Below, piece by piece: positions 60,860 through 64,000 of a DNA stretch of 64,000 nucleotides. Location: positions 35,340,001-35,404,000 of the forward strand of contig OZ024743.1 in the NCBI GenBank assembly GCA_964016885.1, read 5' to 3'. Each line of letters opens with the position of its first letter. Position 1 is the stretch's first letter. Source of the stretch: Eledone cirrhosa. Lineage: Eukaryota. The position numbers and the translations under genes were made by a program. Below the pieces are notes generated by a model, which saw only the letters and a program-made list of their open reading frames with translations, did no database searches and was not told the DNA's origin.

Positions 60860-63800
60860 ACAATAACACACCACACCACACTAACCTACACTACACCAAA
60901 CCAAATTAATGATAGGTTTCCATGTTATAACTACACCAAACCAAACCACACCATAACAAACTACACCATACTACATCACACCATGCTATTAATCTCAGTG
61001 AGAACATTTTTCTTCCCATTTTTTTTTTCTGTGTGTGTGTGTGCTTACCACCCAATCTGATATCAAAGGTGCTCACAAATGACTATTTTTTTTACACATT
61101 ATCAATGTATATAACATGGAAACCTATCATTTGCAATAGGTTCCCATGTCATAACTACAACAATCCAAACTACACCATGCTTTTGATCTCAGTGTGAAAA
61201 ATTTTCTTCCTGTTTCTTTTTTTTTTTTTTTTTTTTTTTTGTGTGTGTTCTTACCACCCAATCTGACATCAAAGGTGCTGCAATTGACTATTTTTAGCTT
61301 TGTAGAAAAAAGAGGGAGGATGAGGGTGGAAAAACCATTTACAAAGCTAGTCATTTTTTATTGCAGCAGAAGTCATATTTTTTGTTAATATGCTAAAAGC
61401 ATAGTCCACTGCGAGCATCTTGGAAGTTGATAGCACATGCAAAAATGAAGGAAACATTTTTTTTCTAACATAAATCAAAGTGGAAATTTAAATCCTCACT
61501 TATAACAAAGCACACCACAAGACATTAATCTACCCCAATTCGCCATAACCATACTTCACTATATGGTAAATTTATTACAGAACACCTACTCCTACCATTT
61601 ACATCACACCAATTGTATGGACATCAATGTAACAAATTTGCTACCTGCTTTTTTTTTTTTTTTGTGGTTACCACCTCAAACTAACATCAAAGGTGCTTGC
61701 AAATGACTATTTTCCCACACATTATCAATGAATATGACATGGGGGTTCTATCGTTTACAATTGGTTTCCATTTCATAACTTCACCAAACCAAACTACACA
61801 ATACTACATCACACCATGCTATTAATCTCAGTGAGAACATTTTTCTTCCTGTTTTTTTTTTTTGTGTGTGTGCTTACCACCCAATCTGATATCAAAGGTG
61901 CTCACAAATGACTATTTTTTTTACACATTATCAATGTATATAACGTGGAAACCTATCATTTGCAATAGGTTCCCATGTCATAACTACAACATAACAAACT
62001 ACACCATTCTACATCACACCATGCTTTTGATCTCAGTGTGAAAAATTTTCTTCCTGTTTCTTTTTTTTTCTTTTGTGTGTGTGCTTACCACCCAATCTGA
62101 TATCAAAGGTGCTCACAAATGACTATTTTTTTTACACATTATCAATGTATATAACATGGAAACCTATCATTTGCAATAGGTTCCCATGTCATAACTACAA
62201 CATAACAAACTACACCATTCTACATCACACCATGCTTTTGATCTCAGTGTGAAAAATTTTCTTCCTGTTTCTTTTTTTTTCTTTTGTGTGTGTTCTTACC
62301 ACCCAATCTGACATCAAAGGTGCTGCAATTGACTATTTTTCGCACATATCAATAATTATGACATGGAAAACTGTTGAAAATGACTAGCTTTGTAGAAAAA
62401 AGAGGTAGGATGAGGGTGGAAATACCATTTAGAAAGCTAGTCATTTTTTATTGCAGCGGAAGTCATATTTTTTGTTAATATGCTAAAAGCATAGTCCACT
62501 GCGAGCATCTTGGAAGTTGATAGCACATGCAAAAATGAATGAAAAATTTTTTTTCTAACATAAATCAAAGTGGAAATTTAAATCCTCACTTATAACAAAG
62601 CACACCACAGCACATTAATCTACCCCAATCCACACCATAACCATACTTCACTATATGGTAAATTTATTACAGAACACCTACTCCTAGCATTTACATCACA
62701 CCATGGTATGGACATCAATGTGACAAATTTGCTACCTGCTTTTTTTTTTTTTTGTGGTTACCACCTCAAACTAACATCAAAGGTACTTGCAAATGACTAT
62801 TTTCCCACACATTATCAATGAATATGACATGGGGATCTATCGTTTACAATTGGTTTCCATTTCATAACTTCACCAAACCACACCATACCAAGTTACACCA
62901 AGCTATTGATCTTGGTGTGAAACATTTTCTTCCCGTTTCCTTTTTTTTTCTTTGTGTGTGCTTACCTCCCAATTGACTATTTTTTTTCCACTTATCAATA
63001 ATTATGACATGGAAACCTGTCGAAAAAGACTCTCCTTGTAGAAACTTCACCAAACCACACCATACTACATCACACCAAGCTATTGATTTTGGTGTGACAA
63101 ATTTTCATTTGGCTTTTTTTTTCTTTTTTTTTTTTTTATGTGTGTGCTTACCACCCAATTTGACATAAATGGTGCTCGCAAATTACTATTTTATGCACAT
63201 ATTATCAATGGTTATGACATGGAAACCTAATGAAAATGACTAGCTTTGTAGAAAAAAGAGGGAGGATGAGGGTGGAAATACCATTTACAAAGCTAGTCAT
63301 TTTTTATTGCAGCAGAAGTCATATTTTTTGTTAATATGCTAAAAGCATAGTCCCCTGCGAGCATCTTGGAAGTTGATAGCACATGCAAAAATGAAGGAAA
63401 AATTTCTTTTCTAACATAAATCAAAGTGGAAATTTAAATCCTCACTTATAACAAAGCACACCACAGCACATTAATCTACCCCAATCCACACCATAACCAT
63501 ACTTCACTATATGGTAAATTTATTACAGAACACCTACTCCTAGCATTTACATCACACCATGGTATGGACATCAATGTGACAAATTTGCTACCTGCTTTTT
63601 TTTTTTTTTTTTTTTTCTTTTGTGGTTACCACCTCAAACTAACATCAAAGGTGCTTGCAAATGACTATTTTCCCACACATTATCAATGAATATGACATGG
63701 GGATCTATCGTTTACAATTGGTGTCCATTTCATAACTTCACCAAACCACACCATACCAAGTTACACCATACTACATCGCACCAAGCTATTGATCTTGGTG

Positions 63801-64000
63801 TAAAACATTTTCTTCCCGTTTCCTTTTTTTTGTGTGTGTGCTTACCACCCAATCTGACATTAAAGGTGCTCCCAATTAACTATTTTTTTTTTTCACTTAT
63901 CAATAATTATGACATGGAAACCTGTCGAAAATGACTAGCTTTGTAGAAAAAAGAGGGAGGATGAGGGTGGAAATACCATTTACAAAGCTAGTCATTTTTT
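60860..64000. repeat. Complex tandem array of ~175-bp modules in ~0.7-1.1-kb higher-order units, continuing beyond the window
   Basis: Module GTGCTTACCACCCAATCTGA[C/T]ATCAAAGGTGCT recurs many times; the GATGAGGGTGGAAA block occurs at ~61320, 62410, 63266 and 63960. Confidence 0.9.

Overview
AT-rich, repeat-dense animal DNA. The SINE/RTE/Penelope landscape and (TA)n/(CA)n load resemble an octopus or other coleoid cephalopod (inference). Most long ORFs in the track are repeat artefacts. Host genes: (1) TMEM141 on the minus strand, with two well-supported phase-compatible exons (41184-41250, 39159-39350), a probable last exon (32748-32773) and an unlocated first exon; (2) probable 3' exons of an unidentified plus-strand gene (1644-1814, 11085-11223, 12227-12316); (3) a possible divergent promoter/first exon at about 46.7-47.5 kb. 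Large tandem arrays: a 19-bp TG-rich minisatellite carrying GTAAGT in nearly every unit (2.85-6.95 kb), a ~19-kb 32-bp satellite with a constant 26-mer plus a small set of 6-nt variants (13.7-32.6 kb), a 60-bp minisatellite (32.9-38.2 kb), a MITE-derived array (48.1-49.0 kb) and a complex repeat family with telomere-like spacers (55.5-64 kb). Mobile elements include a CR1 end, several RTE LINEs, tRNA-derived SINEs, a Tc1/mariner fragment, hAT and other MITEs, a probable non-autonomous Helitron and a Penelope-like element with a GIY-YIG remnant and inverted pLTR. Most notable non-obvious signals: four type I hammerhead ribozyme folds, an orphan histone-type 3' stem-loop, and the possibility that the 19-kb satellite lies in the TMEM141 3' UTR. 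All counts and identities are by-eye estimates.
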